Origin: an uncultured Gallionella sp.
Lineage (GTDB): Bacteria > Pseudomonadota > Gammaproteobacteria > Burkholderiales > Gallionellaceae
Direction of reading: 5' to 3'
NCBI GenBank assembly: GCA_964355765.1
Contig: CAYHEM010000005.1
Span: forward strand, 33,495 to 97,494
Length of the DNA: 64,000 bases
Part shown: one piece after another, positions 20,067 through 29,123 of the stretch
Layout: each line of letters begins with the position of its first letter
Position numbering within the stretch: the first letter of the stretch is position 1
The notes under the pieces: model-generated
Told to the model about the DNA's origin: nothing
Database searches by the model: none
What the model saw: only the letters and a program-made list of their open reading frames with translations
Translations under genes and position numbers: made by a program

Positions 20067-20849
20067 ATGCTCGTTCATCCACAATTCGACCCCGTCGCGC
20101 TGCAACTCGGCCCACTCGCCATTCACTGGTACGGGCTGATGTATCTGGCCGGTTTCATGACTTTTCTGTGGCTGGGGCGCAAGCGTATCGCCATGCTGAA
20201 TCATCCGCAGCTCAACACCAAACTGCTCGACGACTTGCTGTTTTATGGTGTGCTCGGCGTCATCCTGGGCGGGCGTCTGGGTTATGTGCTGTTCTATAAA
20301 ACCTCATATTACCTGGCTCATCCGCTGGAAATTCTCGCGCTGTGGCAGGGCGGCATGTCTTTTCATGGCGGCTTTCTCGGCGTGCTGCTGGCGATGGCGT
20401 GGCTTGCCTATCAACGGAATTTGCGCTGGCTACAACTGACCGACTTCATCGCCCCGCTGGTGCCGCCGGGCCTTGCCTTCGGACGACTGGGCAATTTCAT
20501 CAACGGCGAGCTGTGGGGACGCCCGACTGACCTGCCATGGGCAATGGTTTTCCCGCAGGCGGACAATCTGCCACGCCACCCCTCACAGCTCTATCAATTT
20601 GCCTTGGAAGGCATTTTGCTGTTTGCGCTGCTCTGGCTGTATGCGCGCCGGCCGCGCCCCGTTGGTGCGGTATCCGGGCTGTTCCTGATCGGCTATGGCA
20701 GCATGCGTTTTCTCGCCGAGTTTGCCCGTGAGCCGGATAACTTCCTCGGTCTGCTGGCCTTCGGCATGAGCATGGGACAATGGCTAAGTCTGCCGATGAT
20801 GATTGCCGGTGCACTGCTGATGCGTTACAGCATCCGGCGCGGCGCTTGA
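20067..20849 (+). CDS. lgt: Prolipoprotein diacylglyceryl transferase
   Basis: [16 protein letters not shown] signature, polytopic, 260 aa. Confidence 0.95.
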   Translation: MLVHPQFDPVALQLGPLAIHWYGLMYLAGFMTFLWLGRKRIAMLNHPQLNTKLLDDLLFYGVLGVILGGRLGYVLFYKTSYYLAHPLEILALWQGGMSFHGGFLGVLLAMAWLAYQRNLRWLQLTDFIAPLVPPGLAFGRLGNFINGELWGRPTDLPWAMVFPQADNLPRHPSQLYQFALEGILLFALLWLYARRPRPVGAVSGLFLIGYGSMRFLAEFAREPDNFLGLLAFGMSMGQWLSLPMMIAGALLMRYSIRRGA

Positions 20850-20905
20850 CACCCGCAGCCCTCTCGCACACTATTCTCGCCGTTAAACATTACTGAAACA
20901 TCATC

Positions 20906-22183
20906 TTGGACGACATTTCCTTAGGCTGGTTGTTTGGCATTTTATTGTTGTTACTGGTTTTCAGCGGATTTTTTTCCGGCTCGGAAACCAGCATGATGGC
21001 AATCAACCGCTATCGCCTGAATGCCCTGGTTCGCAAAGGCAATCGCAGTGCCAAGCTGGTCAACCGTCTGCTGGGCCAGGTGGACAAACTGCTCGGTTCG
21101 ATTCTGTTCGGCAACACGCTGGTCAACGTCGCCGCAGCAGCATTGGCCAACATCATCGTATTGCGCTTGTTCGGACAAAACGACTGGGCGATCCTGATGG
21201 GTACGCTGGCAGTCACCTTTGCGATTCTGGTATTCAGCGAAATTATGCCGAAGATACTGGCTGCCAGCCACCCGGAGCGCATTGCGCTACCTGCAAGCTA
21301 CCTGCTCACGCCGCTGATTACCCTGTTTCATCCGGTGGTTTCGGTAGCGACCGCCCTGGTAAAAGGCATGTTGTGGCTGTTGCGCATAAAAATAGAGACG
21401 GACCAGACCAAGCAGAAAATCACGCTGGAGGAATTGCGCGGGCTGGTGCTGGATGCCGGGCATTTCCTGCCGCGCAAGCACCAGAAAATGCTGCTGAACC
21501 TGGTCGATCTGGAGCGCATCACCGTGAATGATGTGATGATTCCGCGCAATCAGGTTGAGGCGTTGGATATCAATGCGAACGCAAACGAATTGCGCCAGCA
21601 GATCATTACCTGCCACCACACGCTGCTGCCGGTTTACGCAGATTCACCGAGCAACATCATCGGCATCCTGCATATCAAACGCGTGCTCACCCTGTTGCAA
21701 ACCGAGGCACTGGACACCACGCAATTGCGGGAAATTTTGCATGAACCGTATTTCATTCCCTCCGACACGCCGCTACTCAGGCAACTACAACAATTCCAGG
21801 AACGCCACACAAGGCTGGGGCTGGTGGTGGATGAATATGGCGAATTACTCGGACTGGTAACGCTGGAAAATATTCTCGAGGAAATCGTTGGTGAATTCAC
21901 TACCCATTCACCCGCGCAAACCGGCAAGTTTCTGCGTCAGGCGGACGGCAGTTGGCTACTGGAAGGAAGCAGCAGCTTACGCGAGTTGAATCGCAAACTC
22001 GGACTGCATCTGCCGCTGGATAATGCAAAAACGTTGAACGGCCTGATTCTTGAGCATCTTGAAGATATACCGGAAGCCGGCACCAGCCTGAAAATTGCCG
22101 GGCATCCGATAGAAATCATTCAGATGCAGGATCGCATCGTAAAAGTGGCGCGTATTTTTCCGGCGCAAGTGGAAAAACAGTAG
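20906..22183 (+). CDS. HlyC/CorC family transporter (DUF21-CBS-CorC_HlyC)
   Basis: N-terminal 4-TM DUF21 region, CBS pair, C-terminal CorC/HlyC domain. TTG start at 20906. Confidence 0.88.
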   Translation: MDDISLGWLFGILLLLLVFSGFFSGSETSMMAINRYRLNALVRKGNRSAKLVNRLLGQVDKLLGSILFGNTLVNVAAAALANIIVLRLFGQNDWAILMGTLAVTFAILVFSEIMPKILAASHPERIALPASYLLTPLITLFHPVVSVATALVKGMLWLLRIKIETDQTKQKITLEELRGLVLDAGHFLPRKHQKMLLNLVDLERITVNDVMIPRNQVEALDINANANELRQQIITCHHTLLPVYADSPSNIIGILHIKRVLTLLQTEALDTTQLREILHEPYFIPSDTPLLRQLQQFQERHTRLGLVVDEYGELLGLVTLENILEEIVGEFTTHSPAQTGKFLRQADGSWLLEGSSSLRELNRKLGLHLPLDNAKTLNGLILEHLEDIPEAGTSLKIAGHPIEIIQMQDRIVKVARIFPAQVEKQ

Positions 22184-22249
22184 GAAGTGGGGAACGGCAG
22201 AGGGTGGCTGATTTTCCTATTCCCCACTTTCCACTTCCCACTTTCCACC
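22169..22249 (+). repeat. Purine-arm/pyrimidine-arm imperfect palindrome (intercistronic element, copy 1)
   Basis: The GTGGAAAAACAGTAGGAAGTGGGGAA arm, a loop, and the ATTCCCCACTTTCCACTTCCCACTTTCCAC arm. Overlaps the stop codon of the CorC-type gene. Confidence 0.7.
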
Positions 22250-22320
22250 TTGGCTTTACAAGAGGAACAAAGCTCGTCATCATGTTTATCAACGTTAGTG
22301 GATGACCCAAGGGGGGCGCT

Positions 22321-23538
22321 ATGGCTGTCGCACCAAAAGCCACAAAAGCAAAAGAATATTCCTATCTCTGGGAAGGCAAAGACAAGACTGGCAAGATAAT
22401 CAAAGGTGAGATGCGCGCACCCGGCGAAGCCACCGTGTCTGCTCATCTGCGCCGCCAGGGCATCAATATTTCCAAGATAAAACGACTGCGCGGCAGCACC
22501 AAACCTGTTACTGAAAAAGACATTTCGCTGTTCACTCGCCAGCTTGCCACCATGATGAAATCCGGTGTTCCTTTGCTTCAGGCGTTCGATATCGTGGGAA
22601 AAGGCCACAGCAACCCATCCGTGGCGCGGCTGCTGTTCGACATCAAGACCGATGTGGAAACCGGCAGCAGCCTGCAACAATCGTTCAAAAAATATCCGCT
22701 GTACTTTGATGAACTGTACTGCAACCTTATCGGTGCCGGCGAAGCCGCCGGCATTCTGGATACTTTGCTGGACCGGCTGGCAACCTACAAGGAAAAAATC
22801 CAGGCCATCAAGAGCAAGATCAAGTCCGCGTTGTTCTATCCGATCTCCATCATCGTCGTGGCGTTTATCATTACCGCAGTGATCATGATTTTTGTGATCC
22901 CGGCGTTCAAGGAGTTGTTTTCCAGCTTCGGCGCAGATTTGCCGGCGCCCACATTATTTATCATGGCTGTCTCGGATATCTTCGTGACCTATTGGTGGGC
23001 GATCTTCGGCGGAGTCGGCGGCGGCTTCTACACCTTCTTTTATTTCTGGAAACGCAGCAAAAAAATGCAGGCAGTAATGGACCGGTTGATGCTAAAGCTG
23101 CCCGTTTTCGGCGAACTGATCCGCAAGGCGAGCATCGCACGCTGGGCTCGCACACTTGCGACCATGTTTGCCGCCGGCGTGCCACTGGTGGAAGCGTTTG
23201 ACTCGGTAGCCGGAGCAGCGGGCAATGCAGTGTATTTCGATGCCACGAAAAAAATCCAGCGCGATGTAACCACCGGCAACAGCCTGACCGTGGCCATGCA
23301 GAACACCGAAGTCTTTCCGAGCATGGTGCTGCAAATGGTAGCCATCGGCGAGGAAGCCGGCTCGCTGGATGCCATGCTGAGCAAGGTGGCCGATTTCTAC
23401 GAGGGCGAGGTGGACGATGCAGTGGAGGCGCTATCCAGCCTAATGGAGCCCATCATCATGGTAGTGCTGGGCACGCTGATCGGCGGCATGGTGATTGCGA
23501 TGTACCTGCCGATTTTCAAGATGGGTCAGGTGGTTTGA
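22321..23538 (+). CDS. pilC: Type IV pilus assembly platform protein PilC (GspF family)
   Basis: 405 aa with duplicated GspF-type domains and three TM segments, followed by pilD. Confidence 0.93.
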   Translation: MAVAPKATKAKEYSYLWEGKDKTGKIIKGEMRAPGEATVSAHLRRQGINISKIKRLRGSTKPVTEKDISLFTRQLATMMKSGVPLLQAFDIVGKGHSNPSVARLLFDIKTDVETGSSLQQSFKKYPLYFDELYCNLIGAGEAAGILDTLLDRLATYKEKIQAIKSKIKSALFYPISIIVVAFIITAVIMIFVIPAFKELFSSFGADLPAPTLFIMAVSDIFVTYWWAIFGGVGGGFYTFFYFWKRSKKMQAVMDRLMLKLPVFGELIRKASIARWARTLATMFAAGVPLVEAFDSVAGAAGNAVYFDATKKIQRDVTTGNSLTVAMQNTEVFPSMVLQMVAIGEEAGSLDAMLSKVADFYEGEVDDAVEALSSLMEPIIMVVLGTLIGGMVIAMYLPIFKMGQVV

Positions 23539-23542
23539 TGAT

Positions 23543-23657
23543 GAGAGTGAGTAATAAGTGGAAAGTAGCAAGTGGAAAGTGCAATGTGGGAAGTGCAACC
23601 ACTCGCCATTCACTACTCGCTACTCACTACTTTCCGCCCCTCACTTCCCGCTTTCCA
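23543..23657 (+). repeat. Purine-arm/pyrimidine-arm imperfect palindrome (copy 2, largest)
   Basis: The left arm is GAGAGTGAGTAATAAGTGGAAAGTAGCAAGTGGAAAGTGCAATGTGGGAAGTG (2 C). The right arm is CACTCGCCATTCACTACTCGCTACTCACTACTTTCCGCCCCTCACTTCCCGCTTTCC (4 G). Confidence 0.75.
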
Positions 23658-23659
23658 GT

Positions 23660-23782
23660 ATGAGCCTCCTGGAATTAATGCAAACTGTCCCTGCTACCTT
23701 CATCGGCGCGTACCTGATCATCGGCCTGATGGTCGGCAGCTTTAGCTCCGACATAACCCGCCGGCGGGTTAGTCTTCACTGA
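23660..23782 (+). pseudogene. Displaced 5' fragment of a prepilin peptidase gene (28 codons), fused to a hairpin element
   Basis: MSLLELMQTVPATFIGAYLIIGLMVGSF aligns with the pilD N-terminus MSDLFQLLQSSPLAFTSACAVLGLMVGSF. Homology stops at 23743, where the hairpin motif begins. Confidence 0.6.
23749..23779. repeat. 31-nt hairpin motif CGACATAACCCGCCGGCGGGTTAGTCTTCAC
   Basis: Perfect 18-nt palindrome TAACCCGCCGGCGGGTTA (23755-23772). 28/31 identical to 13332-13362 and 13506-13536 in the acs tandem repeat. Confidence 0.85.
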
Positions 23783-23792
23783 AACCACCGAC

Positions 23793-24665
23793 ATGTCTGA
23801 TCTATTCCAGCTTCTTCAATCCTCGCCCCTTGCGTTTACCAGCGCCTGCGCTGTATTAGGGTTAATGGTCGGTAGTTTTCTGAATGTCGTCATCCACCGC
23901 CTGCCGAAAATGCTGGAACTTGGCTGGCAACACCAATGTGCCGAGCTGCGCGGTGAAGAACCGACCCTATTGCCCACGTACAATCTCATCGTTCCGCGCT
24001 CGGCCTGCCCGCATTGTCACCACGCCATCAGCGCGTGGGAAAACATCCCGGTCATCAGTTATCTGCTGTTGCGCGGCAAATGCAGGGGATGCGGCGCGGC
24101 CATCTCGCTGCGCTATCCGGCCATTGAGGCGATCAGCGGTATTCTGTGCGGATTTGCAGCCTGGCATTTCGGCTTTGGCCTGGCTACTGCCGCTGTGTTA
24201 TTTCTCATCTGGGCCTTGCTGGCACTCACGGCGATTGACTTCGACACGCAATTATTGCCGGACGATATCACCCTGCCCCTGCTGTGGGCTGGGCTCCTGC
24301 TTAACCTGTTTGATGTTTTTACCAATTTGCAAAGTGCCGTGCTGGGCGCCGTATTCGGCTATCTCTCACTGTGGGGCGTGTATTGGCTGTTCAAGATCGT
24401 CACCGGAAAAGAAGGCATGGGCTACGGCGATTTCAAACTGCTCGCCGCGCTGGGTGCCTGGCTGGGCTGGCAAATGCTGCCACTCATCATCCTGTCGTCC
24501 TCGCTGGTGGGTGCAGTGGTTGGCATCACCTTGATGGTGGTGGCCAAGCATGGGCGCAACATTCCCATTCCATTTGGTCCCTATCTCGCCGGCGGCGGAC
24601 TGATTGCGCTGTTCTGGGGACCAACCCTGACGCAAAGCTATCTGCAACTGCTCTCTACTTCATGA
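23793..24665 (+). CDS. pilD: Prepilin peptidase/N-methyltransferase (A24 family)
   Basis: CPHC...CRGC zinc-type motif and catalytic-Asp motif GMGYGDFKLLAALG, 290 aa. Confidence 0.93.
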   Translation: MSDLFQLLQSSPLAFTSACAVLGLMVGSFLNVVIHRLPKMLELGWQHQCAELRGEEPTLLPTYNLIVPRSACPHCHHAISAWENIPVISYLLLRGKCRGCGAAISLRYPAIEAISGILCGFAAWHFGFGLATAAVLFLIWALLALTAIDFDTQLLPDDITLPLLWAGLLLNLFDVFTNLQSAVLGAVFGYLSLWGVYWLFKIVTGKEGMGYGDFKLLAALGAWLGWQMLPLIILSSSLVGAVVGITLMVVAKHGRNIPIPFGPYLAGGGLIALFWGPTLTQSYLQLLSTS

Positions 24666-25336
24666 CCATTCGACTGATTATCGGACTCACTGGCGGGATC
24701 GGCAGCGGCAAGAGCACCGTTGCCACGCTGTTTGCGGAACATGGTGCAGGCATTATCGACACGGATGCTATCGCCCACCACCTGACGCAAACCAACGGCG
24801 AAGCCATTGCCACGATCCGTGCAGCTTTTGGCGATGAATACGTGACGAATGACGGCGCACTGGATCGCGCCAAGATGCGCGGGCTAATTTTTTCGGACGC
24901 TTCCGCCAAGCAACGACTGGAACATATTTTGCACCCCCAGATATTCGAACAAGCCAAGGCGCAATTACGTCAATTGCAGGCCAAGCCTTACATTCTCGTT
25001 GTCGTGCCACTGCTGCCAGAAAGCCGCACCTTCCGGCAACTGGTGCAGCGCGTGCTGGTAGTGGATTGCGACGAAAACACCCAGATTACGCGCGTCATCG
25101 GGCGCAGCCGCATGAATGAAATGGAAGTACGCACCATCATCGCCCGGCAAACTCCGCGCGCTGAACGGCTGCAACTGGCAGACGACATCATCCACAACGA
25201 CTCCAGTCTGGGCAACCTGTCAGAACAGGTTGCCGTTCTGCATGAACGCTACCTGAAACACACAACAACAATTGACGATACAGGGATATCCCATATATCT
25301 TTCGCCTCTGGAACTCCTTCACCAAAACTGCCGTGA
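24662..25336 (+). CDS. coaE: Dephospho-CoA kinase
   Basis: GLTGGIGSGKST P-loop at the N-terminus. ATGA overlap with the pilD stop. The longer ORF 24371..25336 is rejected because its upstream part runs out of frame through pilD. Confidence 0.9.
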   Translation: MTIRLIIGLTGGIGSGKSTVATLFAEHGAGIIDTDAIAHHLTQTNGEAIATIRAAFGDEYVTNDGALDRAKMRGLIFSDASAKQRLEHILHPQIFEQAKAQLRQLQAKPYILVVVPLLPESRTFRQLVQRVLVVDCDENTQITRVIGRSRMNEMEVRTIIARQTPRAERLQLADDIIHNDSSLGNLSEQVAVLHERYLKHTTTIDDTGISHISFASGTPSPKLP

Positions 25337-26094
25337 TCAACTACGAATTTCCTCTTAATGAAAAAGTGCGCACGCTGCTGCGCCTGGAGGATTTGTTTGC
25401 CCGCATTACGCACTACGCCGATCTAGACCACGACATGGATCACCATGCCGCACTGATCACGCTGTTCGAAATTCTTGAAGTAGCCTGTCGCGCCGATTTA
25501 AAGTCAGAGCTGTTGCAGGAACTGGAACGCCAGCGGCGCTCTCTTTCTGCATTGCACAACAACCCGGCAATTTCTGAGGACGCGCTGGATACCATCCTTG
25601 CGAAGATTGACGGGGCCTCCACAGACATACTCGCCATGCCCGGCAAAACCGGCCAGCATCTGCGCGAAAACGAATGGCTGATGAGCATCAAGCAACGCAC
25701 CTTCATGCCGGGCGGCACATGTGAATTTGATCTGCCCTCCTATCACTACTGGCAGAATCAAGGGGCTGATTCACGGCGTAGATCTATACGGACATGGCTG
25801 GCTCCGTTCCTGCCCCTGCTTGCCGGCCTGGAAATCGTTCTGCGCCTGCTACGCGAAAGCGGCAAGGTGCTCCATTTCACCGCGCATCAAGGCACATTTC
25901 AGCAAATGCAGGGCGGGCGTGTCGCGCAGATGCTGCGTCTCGGTCTGAGTAGCGAACTGGCATGCATCCCCGAAGTGGGTGCCAATAAATACGCCCTTAA
26001 CATCCGCTTTATAGCCGCCGACTATGCGGCAAAGACCACGCTGTTCGAGCAGAATGTCCCTTTTGAACTGACCTTTTGCTGCCTCCCCTCCTGA
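25333..26094 (+). CDS. zapD: Cell division protein ZapD
   Basis: [23 protein letters not shown]-terminus typical of ZapD (YacF). Conserved coaE-zapD-yacG order. Confidence 0.88.
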   Translation: MINYEFPLNEKVRTLLRLEDLFARITHYADLDHDMDHHAALITLFEILEVACRADLKSELLQELERQRRSLSALHNNPAISEDALDTILAKIDGASTDILAMPGKTGQHLRENEWLMSIKQRTFMPGGTCEFDLPSYHYWQNQGADSRRRSIRTWLAPFLPLLAGLEIVLRLLRESGKVLHFTAHQGTFQQMQGGRVAQMLRLGLSSELACIPEVGANKYALNIRFIAADYAAKTTLFEQNVPFELTFCCLPS

Positions 26095-26285
26095 TGCAAA
26101 ATAAAGCGCCGCCCGTTGTGTTTTGCCCGCGTTGCGGCGTTGAACATCAGTGGGATACCAATAACCGCTTCCGTCCGTTCTGCAGCGAACGCTGCAAACT
26201 GATCGATCTGGGCAAGTGGGCGAATGAGGAATATCGTGTCGAACAACGCGAACAGGAGTTATCCGAACCGGATTACCAGGCCTGA
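26094..26285 (+). CDS. yacG: DNA gyrase inhibitor YacG (zinc finger)
   Basis: CPRCG...[14 protein letters not shown] motif. I prefer the ATG at 26094, which overlaps the zapD stop by 1 nt. Confidence 0.85.
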   Translation: MQNKAPPVVFCPRCGVEHQWDTNNRFRPFCSERCKLIDLGKWANEEYRVEQREQELSEPDYQA

Positions 26286-27259
26286 CGCAGCAAACTGATT
26301 CCGTGCGCGCCATGCTGCCATGCAGTCGGCATATCCCCGTGCGTCAAACCGCCCAGCGCATAAACCGGAATTGAAGTCCCGGCCACGATTTCCAAAAATC
26401 TTTCCCAGCCCAGATGTGCCGCACCGGGATGACTCTGTGTCGGCAGCACCGGACTCAACAGCGCAAAATCGCAACCCAGCGCCTCGGCGCGGCGCAATTC
26501 CGCTACGTTGTGGCATGATGCCGCGCACCAATTTACAGCTGGTCGTTCGTTCAAAGTGGCAAGCTGCGCGGCCGTCAACTGCACGCCGTCCGCCCCCATT
26601 TCGTACGCCAATTCCACATCGCCATTCAGCAGCACCTTCACGTCATGCGCGTGCGCCAGCGCCATCACTCGTCCGGCCAATTCACGCAGTTCATCACGCG
26701 GCATGCTCTTCTCGCGTAACTGCAGCAGCCGCAAGCCGTTGCCCAGCGAGACCTCCAGTCGCCGCAGGAATTCTTCCACACCCAGTTCGGCGGCATTGCT
26801 GATGGCATACAGGGAGGGCAACTCCAGCGCGCGCAGGATGGGAGTGTTGGCGGGCAGCATCGGAGCAACCGGCGCCTGTTTCTTCGCGCTTTCATGCGAG
26901 AGAGGGTATTGCCACGCAAACTGCTGCCCCTCGTGCGGATGCAACTCACCGCGCCACGCCGTCACGCGGAAAAAATTCAGCCGCACCGTCGCGTGAGGAT
27001 AAGTGAACACGCGCGTGATCCATGGATAAGCCGTCTCGACCTCGATGCCCAGTTCCTCGTGCAGCTCGCGTACCAGCGCATGATAAGGCGTCTCGTCGGG
27101 CTCGATCTTGCCGCCGGGGAACTCCCAATAACCTGCCCAGATTTTGCCGGGGGGGCGTTGGGCGAGGAGGAAAGAGCCGTCGGGGCGGTGCAGGACGGCG
27201 GCGGAGACTTCGATGATTTTTGTGGTTTCGGTTTGCGTGTTCAATGTGTTCCCTGACAT
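26273..27259 (-). CDS. Nudix (MutT-like) hydrolase fused to a thiamine-phosphate-synthase-like domain
   Basis: N-terminal Nudix box [23 protein letters not shown]. The C-terminal half looks TMP-synthase/TIM-barrel-like (GADGVQL..., YALGGL). I prefer the ATG at 27259 because the five upstream codons lie in the terminator T-run. Confidence 0.8.
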   Translation of the reverse strand: MSGNTLNTQTETTKIIEVSAAVLHRPDGSFLLAQRPPGKIWAGYWEFPGGKIEPDETPYHALVRELHEELGIEVETAYPWITRVFTYPHATVRLNFFRVTAWRGELHPHEGQQFAWQYPLSHESAKKQAPVAPMLPANTPILRALELPSLYAISNAAELGVEEFLRRLEVSLGNGLRLLQLREKSMPRDELRELAGRVMALAHAHDVKVLLNGDVELAYEMGADGVQLTAAQLATLNERPAVNWCAASCHNVAELRRAEALGCDFALLSPVLPTQSHPGAAHLGWERFLEIVAGTSIPVYALGGLTHGDMPTAWQHGAHGISLLRQAW

Positions 27260-27263
27260 CAAA

Positions 27264-27296
27264 GTCAAAAACAAAACCGCCGGGGGTAGCCCGGCG
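27264..27296 (-). terminator. Rho-independent terminator downstream of argJ
   Basis: On the minus strand: CGCCGGG-ctacc-CCCGGCG followed by GTTTTGTTTTT. Confidence 0.6.
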
Positions 27297-27323
27297 AAGT
27301 TGTTTTTGATGTTGGCAAGATAT

Positions 27324-27351
27324 GCCCTTCGACAAGCTCAGGGCGAACGGC
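27324..27351. repeat. REP-like GC-rich intergenic motif GCCCTTCGACAAGCTCAGGGCGAACGGC
   Basis: It translates to the LRQAQGER / SLSKG-type spurious peptides often produced by intergenic repeats in GC-rich proteobacteria. Only a single copy in this window, so family membership is unverified. Confidence 0.3.
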
Positions 27352-27364
27352 TGAAGAAGGCAAA

Positions 27365-28594
27365 CTAACTTCGATAGCTTGCGTTGATCTTCACGTAATC
27401 GTAAGAAAAATCGCAAGTCCACAAAGTCGCAGCCGCGGCCCCGCGATTCAACACCACCCGAATCGTGATATCGCTCTGCCCCATCACCCGCTGACCATCT
27501 TCTTCGCGGTAACTGACCGCACGCCCGCCCTTCTCGGCGACTAGCACGTCATCGAGATACAGTTCGAGCGCTTCGACATCCAGATCAGCTATACCGGCAT
27601 AACCGATCGCGGCAAGGATGCGCCCGAGGTTGGGGTCTGAGGCGAAGAAGGCGGTCTTGACCAGCGGCGAGCGGGCGATGGCGTAGCCGATCTGTTTGCA
27701 CTCGGCCTCGTCACGACCGCCCTCGACCTGCACGGTGATGAACTTGGTGGCGCCTTCGCCGTCGCGCACGATGGCTTGTGCGAGCCAGACCGCGACTTCG
27801 TTCACAACAGCCTGCAGAGCGGAAAATTCGGCGCTAGTCGCATCGTGTATTGCCGGCAGGGCGGCCTGTCCGGTTGCGATCAACATCAGCGCGTCGTTGG
27901 TGGAGGTATCGCCGTCCACGGTGATGCAGTTGAAAGAACGGTTGGCGGCTGCACTGACCATTTGTTGCAAGAGCGGTTGCGCGATTCCCGCATCGGTGGC
28001 GATGTAGCCGAGCATGGTCGCCATGTTCGGGTGAATCATGCCGGAGCCTTTGGCGATGCCGGTGACGGTAATTGGCACACCGTCGATCGTGATCTGGCGG
28101 GAAACCGCCTTGGCGACAATATCGGTGGTCATGATCGCGTGCGCGGCATCAAACCAGTTATCGGCACGCATGTTCGCCACACAACCGGGGAGACCGGCGG
28201 TAATTTTTTCCAGCGGCAGCGGCTCCATGATCACGCCGGTGGAGAACGGCAATATCTGCGTCGCCTTGTAATCCAGCAGCCCGGCCAATGCCGCGCAGGT
28301 GGTGCGCGCATCCTGCAAACCCTGTTCGCCGGTTCCGGCATTGGCGTTGCCGGTGTTGATCACCAGCGCGCGAATAGCATGGCCAGCAGCCAGATGTTCA
28401 CGCGCCACGATCACCGGCGCCGCACAGAAGCGGTTCTGGGTAAACACGCCCGCAACCCGCGCGCCCTCGCTCAACTGCATCACCAGCAGATCCTTGCGAT
28501 TTTCCCGCTTGATGTTCGCTTGGGTAACGCCCAAAGAAACGCCCGCAACGGGCAACAGCTGTGCCGCTTCGGGCAATGTCAGACTGACCGGCAT
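27365..28594 (-). CDS. argJ: Bifunctional glutamate N-acetyltransferase/amino-acid acetyltransferase
   Basis: 409 aa with autoprocessing-site region [11 protein letters not shown]. Confidence 0.95.
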   Translation of the reverse strand: MPVSLTLPEAAQLLPVAGVSLGVTQANIKRENRKDLLVMQLSEGARVAGVFTQNRFCAAPVIVAREHLAAGHAIRALVINTGNANAGTGEQGLQDARTTCAALAGLLDYKATQILPFSTGVIMEPLPLEKITAGLPGCVANMRADNWFDAAHAIMTTDIVAKAVSRQITIDGVPITVTGIAKGSGMIHPNMATMLGYIATDAGIAQPLLQQMVSAAANRSFNCITVDGDTSTNDALMLIATGQAALPAIHDATSAEFSALQAVVNEVAVWLAQAIVRDGEGATKFITVQVEGGRDEAECKQIGYAIARSPLVKTAFFASDPNLGRILAAIGYAGIADLDVEALELYLDDVLVAEKGGRAVSYREEDGQRVMGQSDITIRVVLNRGAAAATLWTCDFSYDYVKINASYRS

Positions 28595-28606
28595 GGAACC
28601 GTGTTC

Positions 28607-29092
28607 CTAATAGCGGCCGTGGGTGCGGAAAATATAATTGCTCAACTCGGAAGATTGCACATTGATACGCCGCACGATGCCATGCACATTACGCACCACC
28701 CCGCGCATGACCTTGTAGACGATCATCGGATGTGATTCGATCAGCGTCTCAAATTTGACCCGATGCAAACTCAACACCTTGGTATCGCCGATCGCGTAAA
28801 GCGTCGCGCTATGATGGGAAGCCGGTCCACCCACGAATGTGATGATGCCGGCCAGATCACCTGGTTTGAGTACATGTATAGTGGCTTCATCGTGGCCACT
28901 CATGACTTTTACTTCGATTTCGCCATGCGCGAGAATGAACAGCTGATCATTTTTTTCCTCCGACGGGCTGGTAATGACCTCCCCCCCTTTATAATCCCGC
29001 ACCTCAAACAATCCCGCGAGAACCCCTACTTCGGCATTGGTCAATTCTTCGGTAATCGTTGATGTGTGCAACGTATCAATTACTAATGACAT
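28607..29092 (-). CDS. Stand-alone cyclic nucleotide-binding domain protein
   Basis: 161 aa, a single cNMP-binding beta-barrel pattern (FILAHGEIEV...GDLAGIITFVGG), with no output domain. Confidence 0.75.
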   Translation of the reverse strand: MSLVIDTLHTSTITEELTNAEVGVLAGLFEVRDYKGGEVITSPSEEKNDQLFILAHGEIEVKVMSGHDEATIHVLKPGDLAGIITFVGGPASHHSATLYAIGDTKVLSLHRVKFETLIESHPMIVYKVMRGVVRNVHGIVRRINVQSSELSNYIFRTHGRY

Positions 29093-29123
29093 TTCCCCTC
29101 CCCCTCGCCTGTTAGTTCACTTA

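Noticed and set aside
23558-23782. 74-aa ORF as a genuine small gene
   Set aside because: Its first half translates the pyrimidine arm of the palindromic element, its middle is the pilD N-terminal fragment, and its tail is the hairpin motif. It is better explained as a pseudogene or scar.
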